Positions 1 through 13,200 of a DNA stretch of 64,000 nucleotides are shown piece after piece. The DNA is from Ylistrum balloti (taxonomy: Eukaryota): assembly GCF_031769215.1 (NCBI RefSeq), contig NW_026781993.1, positions 434,001 through 498,000 of the forward strand, given 5' to 3'. How positions within the stretch are numbered: the stretch's first letter is position 1; each line of letters starts with the position of its first letter. The notes under the pieces were generated by a model, which saw nothing but the letters and a program-made list of their open reading frames with translations, had not been told where the DNA came from and did not search any database. Both the position numbers and the translations under genes were made by a program.

Positions 1-590
1 CGCCATCAGATCAGATATCCGTGTCTCTAAAAAAATGGAATTTCATAAATCACGTGCACATTTGTATACATGTATATAGGAACCTTTCTTGCAAAAAAAA
101 AATAAATAAATAAAAATTCAATTGTAATGAAAAATTTTGAAAATAGTTTTGATTTTAAAATATTCCGAAACTAATTTGAAAGACCTAGTAAGTTCGATTC
201 TCATGTAGTTAACGATTCATTGGAACCACTGGTGTTATTTGCTAAGTACAGACAGAAGTGGTCGATTGAACTGATGTTATCTAGTTATACAATTCTCTAC
301 ATTGTATAAGTATATGAGAGAAAACAAATCTCATTGTTACTGAAGTTTTGTCACGTAGACGAAGAAGTTTTGACCCCGGGACACGGTTAATATTTAAACT
401 TAAATCGATGTAGCTGAAAAGTTTTGAACATTCTGTATTACTTTATTGGAATTCCAAAACTGACTATAAATGTAGAAATAGGCAGTATCTGATATAGCCC
501 TCCGGCTCCTTTCTTCCTCTTTTCTCCCTCTTTAATCCGTCGCCTTTTCTCTCCTTTCTCTTCTGCCCCACCCTTTCCCATCTATCATAT

Positions 591-1145
591 TTATATGTAT
601 GTTTGTGTGATCGTGTGTGTATTTGTGTGAGGGAGGGTGTGTATGAGTGTTAAGGTGTGTGTGTATGTGTACTCATTCCATAGCATATATAGGATGGGCC
701 AAATTTCATAGCCACCTCTATATGCTGGTTCAGAGTTTGTCAATTTTCTAGCTTGATGATTACAATGATGATGATGATATTTGAGGNNNNNNNNNNNNNN
801 NNNNNNNNNNNNNNNNNNNNNNNNNNNNNNNNNNNNNNNNNNNNNNNNNNNNNNNNNNNNNNNNNNNNNNNNNNNNNNNNNNNNNNNNNNNNNNNNNNNN
901 NNNNNNNNNNNNNNNNNNNNNNNNNNNNNNNNNNNNNNNNNNNNNNNNNNNNNNNNNNNNNNNNNNNNNNNNNNNNNNNNNNNNATATGTATATTATTTA
1001 TGATGATGATCATCATTAAAAGGTGACTAGAGTGAAAATTATATTAGGCCCTTAAATATCGTGGTGTGTCTGTGTATTGGTGTGTGTGAGGGCGTGTCTG
1101 TGTACTCAAACCATGTGTGAGTGTGGCGTTGGCATGGGTGTGAGT
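591..1145. repeat. Low-complexity GT-rich and (GAT)n simple repeats around an assembly gap
   Basis: GT/GTGT-rich runs at about 591-670 and 1062-1145; GAT triplet runs at about 756-780 and 999-1014 flank the N block. Confidence 0.7.
787..984. other. Assembly gap (198 N)
   Basis: Run of n characters. ORF-track entries that span it are artefacts. Confidence 0.99.
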
Positions 1146-1779
1146 GAAATATTTATGTTTTGAAAAATCGTCGAAAAAAAATTATGAATTATGTGATTGG
1201 AATAACAATAAAAAATTGATGGAACAACAAAAATATCAAAGCTGTCCTCATACATGTCTTGTCTTATCATCATCACTCAGATCGAGAAGGAAGTGCTCGG
1301 TATTGTTACATACATACATTGTTATACCACGTGGCCACCTCCCACTGTGAACCCAACCACTAGCTCATATCAAATAATCAAGATCATAATAGTATTTTAT
1401 TGGACGTGATTCAGATGTTCAAGAAATATACACCAGATAGCTAACATATTGAATTAACACATGTTGGTACGTGTGTGTGTTTATTTTTTCCAGTTTTTAA
1501 CACTGGTATACAAACAGACATTACAAAAAACCTATCATAGTACATCACACTGACATGTTTACAAGTTCAATATTCCTCATCATACTGCATATAGTTCAAA
1601 ACGCAAGCACAGACACTCAGACATTAACACTGTCCTTTTACACTCTATCACAAACACCCTTATCAATAGTGGTTGTCCCTAGTACATATAAAATTAACAC
1701 ACTGAGAAAGATAGGAGGTAATGAAGGTGACAACGAACATTTGACGATAGTCTTCATAAAATTTCATTATGTAATCAAA

Positions 1780-2390
1780 TCTGACTGCGTGACCTTGCAA
1801 TGACGTCAAGGTCATTTATTCAAGGAAACTGTAGCACTCCCTTCAAGGTAACTACTGCCATCTGAAACTTGAGAATATTATCAAAGATTCTTAGTATATC
1901 CGACTCCAGTGACATTGAAAGCTTGATAAGAAAGCTTTCAGCAAGCCATTCTCGGTATCTGTTGTCAAAGTACCCGGCCCGTTTGTCTCATGCAACTTGA
2001 AATGATGATTCCTTAGTTTTTTTAACATATTTGGCTCCTCCTCTCCACACACACCCCGTTAAGCCTGATAGTAACCGAAGTTCATTTATAAATGGAATCT
2101 ATGTATATTTAGCGCTTTATCCGAGGTACTTGCCAGCAGAATATCGGGACATAAAATATCCTTGAAATTGTAGATATCCTTTAAGAATCTGAACAATTGA
2201 CCTCTGTGACCTTGAAAGAAATTCAATGGCATACAAAGTAAGCGCTGAAGCATTTAATTTCCGGTACCTACTACCTAATTATCTGACAAAGTATGAGGCC
2301 ATGAGTGCTCTGACACTTGATAAGGAGACAAATCTAGCCGTTGTGACTTGAAAATAAGTAAATGTCATTTATATCAAGAAACTGTGTAGA
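1780..2390. mobile_element. Degenerate interspersed repeat of the gtcaaggtca/gtgaccttg type
   Basis: Recurrent motifs gtgaccttgcaatgacgtcaaggtcatttattcaaggaaactg (about 1790), gtgaccttgaaag (about 2207) and gtgacttgaaaataagtaaatgtcatttatatcaagaaactg (about 2343). Similar motifs occur at 5480-6450 and about 13598. Family assignment is inference. Confidence 0.35.
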
Positions 2391-2434
2391 TTTTCTTTTT
2401 TTTTTTTTCGTTTTTTTTTTGTAGACAAAATCAG

Positions 2435-2466
<32 letters not shown>

Positions 2467-2491
2467 CCAATTGATAATATATATATATATA
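2435..2491. repeat. (CAT)n microsatellite followed by (TA)n
   Basis: About 10 CAT units at 2435-2466 and a TA run at about 2477-2491. Confidence 0.9.
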
Positions 2492-3779
2492 GATATAAAT
2501 AATTATGATATGAAGTTAATACTTATAACGCTATAACATAAACAGTCTATCCTTGGCCCTTGCTAGCAGTGCTATGGGTTTTCCTGAAATTTGTGAAATA
2601 GAAGTTGTAATGTCGTAAAGGTTTTACATGTAATCCCTCTGACATTACAGTTAGAACAAGTGAAAGCTATGACCATGGAGTAAATGGTTATTTGGGAGGG
2701 GGGAGAGGGGGGGATATTCATCCGTAGCGCCGAGGCGATATCGATTTTATTATAGTGTAACAGTATCTTGACAATATATCAGGTTTTAGTTTAAATATCG
2801 ATTTGAAATGTTGAGGGAATTATTTTCTCCTGTATCGTCGTCATATTTTGCTGTGGTTGTGATCAATAAATCAGACATGTTCCGTCATCACATTGGGCGT
2901 CATAAATTATTTAATTTGTAAACGATCATGGTTTTCCTATTATACCATTCAAATGAGATTGCGTCTATAAAAGAATATTCTCGCTGTGGGTATAGAAATC
3001 CGATATATTTCCCGAGTGTCGTAAGAGAATTGGACTCCAGCAGTTTAGGTGAACGGCGAGTGCGTTACACACAGCATGAACTTTAACACAGCTGTATGTT
3101 ATTGATGTTGTGGCGTCACCTATTTGTTTTCGTCAGCTTCCATGTCATAGACATATAGATCAGTAATTTTCCAAATAATCACAGGGTACATTGTATGGAC
3201 TGATGTGAGAAATTCCAGCTCCTTGTCATTGATCTAATCACTTTGCATTGTTTTTTACCGCGCCCCGAAATGGACGTTTCCTGTCAATCAAAATCGCGTG
3301 ACATCGTTTCAGGACCAATCAATTTTGTTTTTATTTCAGTTCATTTCAACAGACCCGAGGGTCCAATTACAGAATTGATAACATTGGAAACAAAGGTATA
3401 CTAAAATATCACAGGTACACATCTATACAAAGTTTGTAACAAGGCATGTAACGTAATGACCATTTAAAACATGTTGCATTAAGGCGATATTTAAAACATA
3501 TATATTCCACATTGCTTACAGCCGTTGCTGTTAAAGGAATTCACTGCACGGTTAAAAGTATTGTCCTACTAGGTGAAGAAAGAAATGGTAAAACTCCAGG
3601 TGAACGTAAATAGGGGATTATGTATTTACTTTTTGTATGTTTCAGACCTCCATCATTTTGGATAATAAAGTTATCTGAAAATAGTATCGGCCTACTTATC
3701 TGGTAAAGATCTTCTGGGGACTAAAATACCTATTTTTCTACTAAAAATGAACAATCAAAAAGTCCATGAATACGTTTAG

Positions 3780-5250
3780 AAACGAATTAAATATCCATAT
3801 ATTGCTGTCTGTTTACTGAAATCAGCATAAGATAATCAAAGCTCGCCTTAAAAAACATCAATTTCAAAAAATTTCTTTGGACCGATTCAAGTTGGTGAAT
3901 TAAAGTAGTTTGGTGCGGTGACCAGATCTCACTGCAGTATTCCAACTGACTTCTAACTAAACTGATATATAATGACCTTATCACAGAAACATTTTTGAAA
4001 TATTTACATGATCGCTTTAAATATCCAAGCATTTGCATACCTTTCGACACAACTTTTTTGACATGGTATGACAAGTTGTAATTGTCAGAGATCCATACTC
4101 CTAGGTCTTTAACCCCATATCCTGTAAGAGTAGATGAGAGGAGAACGTTTTAAAGAGAATCTTATGGTACAACATTGGTCAATATTGACTTGCATACGCC
4201 ATATTTATAACAGTCAAACACTCTATTGATGTCGTCCTGTAATTGCTTACATTCATATATAGATGTTTTTTTGTGCAAAATTTACTGTCATCAGCAATCA
4301 TAAAACATGTAGAATGTTTCAAAACAGCAGGTAAATTATTGTGAAATATCATAAATAATTTGGGCCCTAAAATAGAACCTTAGGGGACACCGGAAAAAAC
4401 ATTACACCACCCAGATGTCGCTCCATTTACTGTTACTCTCTGTCGCACAGTTCATGTGACCATTCTTTAAAAATTATACCAGAGATATTATCATATCCAC
4501 AAGCTTTCTTAACATTAATATTTTTTAAAAGCTTTAGTACTTTGGTGCATTCAATTTCAATGGAAGGAAGGGGATTTCCAACAGAGTTGTGATTTAGAAC
4601 ATCGATAAATGGTCTAGTGTGAAACCTTTATCAGAAGGCTCGGGCACATACTGGTGTATATCGTGCTCAGGCAATAATACAGGCAATAATAGATGTGTAA
4701 TTATAATTGGCTTTATAATTCAAATTGCAGTTGAGCATGCGTAAAATTGCAAAGCTTCGATTTTAAATGGTGTCTTATGCATAAAAAGCCCAGTTTTGAG
4801 TTGCACAGGTTTGAACGAGAATCCCGAGAAGAGTAAACCATTGTCAACAGAACGAACAAGGACATCTAAGGATACTGAACATATTCATGCGTACAAAGTA
4901 GACAAAAATTACCAATGAGAACACGCAGGTGTTATTGACTGTGTGGTGAGCGTTATTATCGATGTGTTAAATGGCTGATTTTTTTTTTCTTCGGATTATT
5001 AATTTTTTCAACTGGTGTTATCCACGTAATTTATTGATTGAAAAACGTTTGTAGAATCTTTAATATCACAACTCCGTCATTGCCTTAGAAGCAGCTGGGT
5101 TTGTACCGAGACAATTTTACACGCTCTTTTCCCATGCTTCTTCAGGTCATAAATTATTAGAAACATGAATGGCATTATGTACAGGATCATACAGTCCATG
5201 CTAGCGAGGTACGTTTCTCGAAGCCTATGTATCCTTGTTGGTTGACAGTA
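3780..5250 (-). mobile_element. Decayed non-LTR retrotransposon (LINE, CR1/L2/Jockey-like) reverse transcriptase fragment
   Basis: Minus-strand conceptual translation gives GVP*GSILGPKLF (PQGS motif with Q changed to stop), IADDSKI (YADD-like motif), LQDDINRV, a KDLG-like motif, and the thumb region HVKKVVSKGMQMLGYLKRSC...YISLVRSQLEYCSEIWSPHQTTLIHQLESVQRNF (ORF 3787-4074). Upstream are KACGYDNISG and WITPVEKI, which resemble the linker between endonuclease and RT. Stops and frameshifts are present. Confidence 0.8.
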
Positions 5251-5479
5251 GTGTGAGGTAGATCTATTTTTAATGTCGTGAAAGGCTCCTATGTTTACAT
5301 ATAAACATAAAAGCCTTTCACAACACCAAAAATATTAAGTCCAAGACATGGTAAACAAGACGTCGAATGACATTAACGGTCATCTGACTATAAAGACTTA
5401 TATATACAATGAAAAGGCCAAATAGGCCTATGTTGCTATACTACCTTACATCTTAGAAAGAAGGAATTACTGATTCATA

Positions 5480-6740
5480 AAAACCTTTTCTACAAACTTG
5501 AAATCCTGTTTCTTGTACATGCTACTACACAAAAACCATGACCTTGGATTTATTGCTTCTTTCAAGAAGCAATTTCGAAATCTTAACACAATTGACCCCA
5601 AAGGCATTGAAAGTAAGTCAAGGTGAATCATTTGAATTGATTTGGTTGCCCTTCAACCATATGTGTTAAAGAACTGATGTCAACAGCCCAGGCCTTTTAG
5701 TTATTGAGAAGAAGTCGTTAATTTTTTAACACATTTGACCTATGATAACTTTAAAGGAGCAAGGTCACTAACACGAACAAACTTGGAAGCCCTTTTTCCC
5801 AGCATGCCATAGACTCAATATCAGCATCCTAGGTCCTTTGGCTGTTGAGAAGCAGTCGTTTTAAAAGTGTTGGAGGGATGAAGTCAATCATATGAACAAA
5901 TTTGGTGTCCCCTTATCCCAGCATACTTCATATCAGCAGCCTGGGCATTTTAGTTATAGAAAAGTTGCTTAAAGATTTTAAACTCACTTTATAATTGTGA
6001 CATTGAAAGTGGGTCAAGGTCAATAGTTTGGAAAAATTTGGTAGCCCACCATCCCAACATGATACAGGTCAATATCAGCATTCTGGACTATTTTGTCATT
6101 GAAAAGATGTTTAAATATTTTAACAAATTTGACCCATGTGATCTTGAAAAATGGTCAAGTTCATTCATTTCAACCAGTTTGGTTTCTCTTAATCCCAAGA
6201 TGCTACAGGGCCTATATCAGCACCGTGGGTACTTTGGTTATTGAGAAAAAGTAGTTTAAAGAACACAGCTGACTTCTGTGACATTGAAAGTGGGTAATGT
6301 CAATCATAGCAGCAAACTTGGTAGCCCCTCACTCCAACATGCTTCAGGCCTAATATTAGCACCCTTGTACATTAAGTTATTGAGAAGACCCTTTGAGTCA
6401 GTATAAAAACAAACCAGCATTAAATTGTCACAGCAAATCTCTAATAACTGTGTATACCTAATAGGAGGGGTGTTGGATGTATACTTATATGGTCTTAGAA
6501 GCCAGAAAATTACCTCTAAAATTTTATTAGCCAACTTTTGATATGAGAAGGGAATCCAAAAAAGCATTAAATTGATATATCTAATTATTGCATACACCAA
6601 GTAGGAGGGGTATGTTATGTACAGTTATGGACTAAGAAGTCGGCATTGTCTCGGGTGTTACTCGGTAATCAGTGAACTAAATCTCTGGAAATACATGTTG
6701 AAGAGGATCATGAGGTTTTTTGACCTCATCATGATCTCGT
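5480..6740. mobile_element. Non-autonomous repeat element with an internal degenerate ~135-bp tandem array and a terminal hairpin (Helentron/HINE-like, tentative)
   Basis: About 7 diverged units with core gtcaaggtcaatcatttgaacaaacttggtagccc...atatcagca...ttattgagaa at about 5617, 5760, 5880, 6013, 6153 and 6293. Inverted repeat gatcatgaggt-tttttg-acctcat(cat)gatc at 6706-6736. Confidence 0.45.
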
Positions 6741-6802
6741 TGGACAATAAACCCCTCCCCCTCCTCAATCAAATAAGAAAACAAAAAATTGCACTTTTAC
6801 TT

Positions 6803-6912
6803 TTTATTTAAAAGAAACAAACATTATTTCATACTCTTGTGTACATTTAAGTATTCAAACAGGCTAACACAAAATTCAAAGAATGAAAACAAATTTTTCA
6901 TATTGTTTTATT
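6803..6912 (-). terminator. Candidate DLEC1 polyadenylation signals
   Basis: AATAAA on the minus strand at 6907-6912 and 6803-6808, 320-430 nt past the stop codon. The second is followed by a U-rich tract. Confidence 0.5.
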
Positions 6913-7235
6913 TTCCATTTCAAATTTGCTGAATTTTCTTCTCAGAAAAAGTTTTTTAAAAGTATTTTGACAAAAGTTAATATTTTCTTCTAATGACAAA
7001 AAAGTTTTCAATACACATTGCTGTCATACAAACTTCAATTATATACATCTGCAATACCAGCTATAAAACTGTATTCTAAATTTGGATGGATGGGAATCTA
7101 ATTATGACTGTTACAGTTAAAATTATAAAAAGCTCAGTGTGGATTCTTCAACATGATAATATCACAAAATAACAAATCAAATTTCACAGTCTTCTCATAT
7201 ATCACAGGCTAAGTATACAAATATAAACTGTCAGA

Positions 7236-10200
7236 TCACACATTGAGTAAAGCTTCATAACGACCATCATATGACCCTTGACCTTTGATGACCAGTCTCT
7301 GAGGCGTTTCTCCCAACACCCCTTTGAAAACAAACACAGCCTCGTAGTATTCTGCATGTCTGCAATAAATAAAACACAAATATGAAATAAAAACATATAT
7401 AGTGTACAGTGAGGTATGACTAAATAAGACAGTCTTACAATGACATATGTAAACTATTCTCCAATGGTTTATTTCCTGTTTCAGTAGAGACAAGTCTTAG
7501 CATCACAGACATGCCTACAGTGTGTATATTCATATCAAGTAGATTGTGGAAGGGAACATCTCAGCACTGTGTATGATGAAGACACAGACATATAGAACGC
7601 AACTGAATGATATTGGTTTCTAGAACTTAATACAGCATTTCAGCATCTTTGTCTCTATTGCAAACTGACTGACATACTTGATATATTCTATTACTTTGAG
7701 GAAAATACTTCTGATTCTGGTAACTGAAAATACTTCTGATTCTGGTTACTGAAAATACTTCTGATTCTGGTTACTGAAAATACTTCTGATTCTGGTTACT
7801 GAAAACATTTCTGAAACTATGTGTCATCTATCTTTCTATCCACTGTCCAGCTGTTGAATTGAGAAAGTGATCTGATTAAGTTGTTCCAAAATTTGTTTCC
7901 TTGATATTTACATAACAATATTCATATGTTTACTTACTTGGCAGTGAAGAAAACACGGAGAAGTGTTTTACTGTCACTGATATGAGTGATATGTGCCTCA
8001 AGCTGACCACTAGATGGTGTTATCATGAATGTGTCTTCACTGCATCCTGGTGACATTGATTCTGAAATATATTTATCACAGATTATTTTAGAAGTCTATT
8101 GAGTAAGTAAAATAAAGATCTCTACTAATGGACACATAACTTAATGATCTGATACCTGTATAAAGGAATTCATTCAGGCATATTAATCTGACAGAGACAA
8201 TGACTTTGTGACTGAATAACAAACTCAGTAATGGAATATCACATACTTCAGATGAGCATCTTTAAAGTTTTAAAATTCTTTAGCTGTACGTTACAGTTCT
8301 AGCAGCTTGCATAATGTATTATAGCTATTTATTATTTAACATAAAAAAACCATGTCTACCTAATGTCCTACATCACATGTAGTTCTGTTACAAAATCTTA
8401 CCTTTCTTTACTGTCCAGAAGCTGTGTGATGCTGTCAGATTAGTGATAAGAAGCTGTAATTCTCTTTGTTGGCCTACTAAACAGGTCCCAAAGTCCAACT
8501 CTTCCTTGGACAACTCAATCTTGGGTACAGACAGGCTGGCATGCAGAGGTATTCTCTGTACAGATACAATTCATATCAACTGAAGTTTATGACTCATAAA
8601 AGTTAACGAAATGTGAAATGTATGGAGACTATTTTTGAAATCTGAATCCAATGCAGTCTTCTAAAATGGCCCCATTATTTTCCCTTATCATAGCTTTAGT
8701 TTTGTAATTATCTCACCTGCGCAGCAGAATTGTTAAATTCCACGAGGACGTGATCCATTATTTCGATCTTATGATTTCTCAATCTATTGTCAGATGTTCC
8801 ATTTTCCTCTGTTCCGTCTCCAAGCTCCAAAAGATCAATGGATGTTTGGAAAGCAACTTTCACCTACAAAGTGATGATTGATATCTTATCAACTGCACAG
8901 TAAAATCTGGTCTGCAACTATTCATAGAAAGAGGTTTATATGGCCTGTAACACTTATCTTGCTGTCTGTTATCAATTACAAATTATCAAAGTTTGAAATA
9001 CATCAACTGGTGGAAACAGAGGGATTAAATATCGATCCGAAGCAGATATTTCTCACCTTAAATACGAGATATAAATCATGATTGAAATACTGAGTTGTTA
9101 ATACATGGATTCTTTAGACTAAACTCACTAGCAGGTTGTGTTGTGGTCGCAGTGTTTGCATCTCGGTCTCCTGGATAGATGTTGCTCCATCACGGTTGGT
9201 TGTAGGGTTGAGATCAACTAATACAAAAGGAGGCTTGGTGATCAGCTTGAAAGTGAGGGGAGTTTCTGTGTGGTTGGCTAGCACGGCACTGCATACCTTG
9301 GAACTTTCTGGTTTTGTCTGAAAATGCAATACCATCAGGTCCAGTAAATAGTTGAAGGATCATGTTATAGGATTTCAATCACAAATAACTTTGCCAAAGA
9401 TCATTCTGTGCAATCCATATTGCCATACTTTTAAGTTGGCTTCTGATAAAACCATCCCTAAAGAACAATGACACATATTTCCATTTATCTAGATCAAAAC
9501 TAAAAAATATACATAGATGTGAAAAATATTCTTTCTTTCTGATGCATCATGTATCTACTCTAGTCTTTTTTTTTACTGACCCTGCCTCCTTCTAGGAGAA
9601 GATCACTCATGGCTGACCGGTACCTCATGCCTTCCTCATCAGTGGGCTCAATGTTCAGTCTGAAATACCATTATGACCCTGATCATGGCAGTTTATGTGG
9701 TTGACCCATATTCAACATTTTCATTTTGCATACTGTAAAAGGTTTTTTTTATTTAAGCACAAAATATTAAATGCATCATCAAACAACTCAGTGCAATGAT
9801 GAATTCATGCACTCCCAATAACTTCCATGATAGACAGAAACAGATCAGCCAATCATATTTTGGCACAATATCTGTAGCATGAAAAGTGCTAAAATAAGAT
9901 TACAGGTAAAATAGGTATATGACAACAGCAGTATGATCAAACAATGCTAACACATCAAAGACACTATTTTTGTTCCAAATTTTGCATGAATTTGAAACTA
10001 GCAGCAGTATACTTATATGACAAATTAGGAATTTGTATTACTCACAGTGCAGGTTTCAGATGAGCTGTCATGTCAAGTCGAAGACTAGACATTTCATAAC
10101 CTTGAAGCCGACTCACTTTGTTTTCTGTTTGAGATATTTTACCCTGAAATAAATACAAATTATTCATAAAGGCATCAACTTTTTAAAAAAAGAAAAACAT

Positions 10201-13200
10201 ACAAAATGTTACTATCAATAGTTACATTTCAGCATTAAAGTGATTTATGATTAATCTTGATAATCTTAAAAAGAAATTAAGTCTATATTCTCCAAATCTA
10301 CACATATATGTCACCACATACATATATCATATATCTCGTTATAAATCACCAATAAACAAAAGAAGAAAAAATTCCATCCAAGATGGCATTTAAATGAAGA
10401 GGTGAATATATTGACCTAAGATCTACAGGCCTCTTTTAGAAACTGCTGATGTGTTCTAACTTCTTCACTAGCTATGTTACCATATTCTTAACGAAACTCA
10501 CATTGTCCAAGCTCATGTATCCTTGGGCATATCCAATACAGTCCCTTTCCTCGGACACCTGTCCTGTTGGGAATGGGGTAAAGCTGACATTGACACTGGC
10601 ACTTCCTCTAGCAGGGATTACCTAAAAGACAAAAGTCGATATCTTTGGGTACATCAGGTTCCCATGAATTTCCAACCAACAATGTGCTATTCAACAGGTC
10701 TTTCTTAATATCACTACAATCCTCACAATGTTCAATTTGTATGAATTTTATATGGAAAGATACTTTATCCTTTTCTAAAGGTGGTGTCAGTTGAAACTAG
10801 TTCACGGTGAACAAGATAAAAATAATAACTAGTGTTTGTTTTCTCCAGTTTTAAATTATTAAGATTTCAGCATTATTGGTGAAGATTTTGTAGGAAATTC
10901 TAGAATTGTTTACAAAAGAAAGATCTATTAATTATACATACCATTTGTTTGTTTTTGATACTGTAGGGATTCTCGCTAGGTACACCTTCATGTGAACGGA
11001 CAAAAACTGACGCAAACTTAATGAGAGGTTCTTTTGGGACTGGTTCTGCACCTGTGGCTGCAGGTGTGTTGATCACACGAGTTACCTCCCTTGTCAGAGT
11101 AGGTAAGGTGTCAGGAGAATTGGGTATGAACTCTGTAGGCATCCTCTTTGGCATCTCCGGCACTAGGGACAAACCATTTTATATCATACTGATATAACAT
11201 CATTAATGAGAAGAATGCATTTCTTAAACCAAAGATGATTGATGAAATATTTTTGAGTTGTCTCATAAAAGCAGCAGTTGATTGTTCTTTTCCATACCTA
11301 ACCTTGTCGATCATGTAACTTGTCTTTACTATCTAACTTAATCTTCTGCTAACAATCTACAGCAGCATCAACCAATCGTATTTCACCTCCCTTATTAACT
11401 CTACAGGAAATATGTACCAAAAGTTAACGTCTATAGCTTCAGGCTTGTAACACAGATCAAACCAGAAATTCATTTCTCGTATTCTATGATTTCAGTCAGT
11501 TGTTTGGAATTTTTCCCTTTCACTAAAAACACACATTTGACAGACACATACCCAGTATGTTTTCAATGATACCAGATAAAAAAGCAGAAATGAAAACTCA
11601 ACTGTGTATATAAGATATTTACAAAAAATGGCAATAAATTATCTAAGTAGTTGATTATATTTCAAGAGTATAAAGAAGAGAATTCCTGCTTGTCAAACAG
11701 CTAATAATTTTCTGATGTCCGCACTTGTTTCTCAAAATAAATGTGTTTAAAGATGAAATAATAAATAATTGAAAAAGTTAAAGAGATCATTAAAGTGAAG
11801 ACAAAGGAATAAACATCAACACCACAAATAAGGAGAGGTGGACATGCAGTAAGTAGGGATAGCAAGCTGAGTGTAGTAAGTCCTTAAGTCAGTTGTTCTG
11901 TCCAAGGTATGCACTCATTTCAAGCAGTTAGGTCTTAGGATAGTCACTTCAGGCGTACAGACATTCAATGACACAATACAGTCATTACAAGTGTATGTAT
12001 ATTTTAATGATATCACCATTTAATTTAATTGTAATTTAAAGCACATCTACAAATGGTTAAAAAAAATCTTGGAAATTTAAAATCAGATATTTCCATTAAA
12101 GATATATATCACATAATTGGAAAAAGTTGCAAACTAAGACATATAACATATAAAATCTCTAAGTTAGTGTCAAGGTATCAAAACAACATGCAGTTTGATA
12201 GGAAAGAGTCTTTGTTACATAGTTTGTAGTACATGCAGTGAGTCAAATATAGAGGACTGAATAACACTTTAAATAAGTGAAAGAAAAATTTTAATAAAAC
12301 ATTTTATATAGTGACAAAAAAAATAAAAAATAAAAAAATAAGAATGGATAGTTGATGTATTCTTACCAGGAGTTTGCTTCTCATCTACAGACCAACAGTA
12401 TCACACACAGGTTACTACACAAGATTCTTAATTCATATCTACCATCTTACACAGTGGTCTACAGACCAACAGCATCACACACAGGTTACTACACAAGATT
12501 CTTAATTTATATCTACCTTCTTATACACTGTGGTGTCATATATCTATCATAGTACACAGTGTGGAGTTATATATCTATCCTAGTATACAGTGTGGTGTCA
12601 TATCTAACTTATCCAGTGTAGACTATAGTGTTATATTTAACCTGGTGTATGATGGAGAATTTAATGTTAAATTTAACCTGGTGTATGATGTAGAATACTG
12701 TTATATCTAACCTTGTATGTGATGTAGACTGTAGTGTTATATCTAACCTTGTATGTGATGTTGACTGTAGTGTTATATCTAACCTTGTATGTGGTGTAGA
12801 CTGTAGTGTTATATCTAACCTTGTATGTGGTGTTGCCTGTAGTGTTATATCTAACCTTGTATGTGATGTAGACTGTAGTGTTATATCTAACATTGTATGT
12901 GGTGTTGACTGTAGTGTTATATCTAACCTTGTATGTGGTGTAGACTGTAGTGTTATATCTAACCTTGTGTGTGATGTAGACTGTAGTGTTATATCTAACA
13001 TTGTATGTGGTGTTGACTGTAGTGTTATATCTAACCTTGTATGTGGTGTAGACTGTAGTGTTATATCTAACCTTGTATGTGGTGTTGACTGTAGTGTTAT
13101 ATCTAACCTTGTATGTGATGTAGACTGTAGTGTTATATCTAACCTTGTATGTGATATAGACTGTAGTGTTATATCTAACCTTGTATGTGGTGTTGACTGT

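Noticed and set aside
591-1026. Three ORFs of 81-141 aa in the ORF track
   Set aside because: They span the 198-N assembly gap and simple repeats.
2700-3420. Possible SINE or MITE (cccgag-containing motifs, GC-richer patch)
   Set aside because: No A/B boxes, terminal inverted repeats or target-site duplication could be defined by eye.
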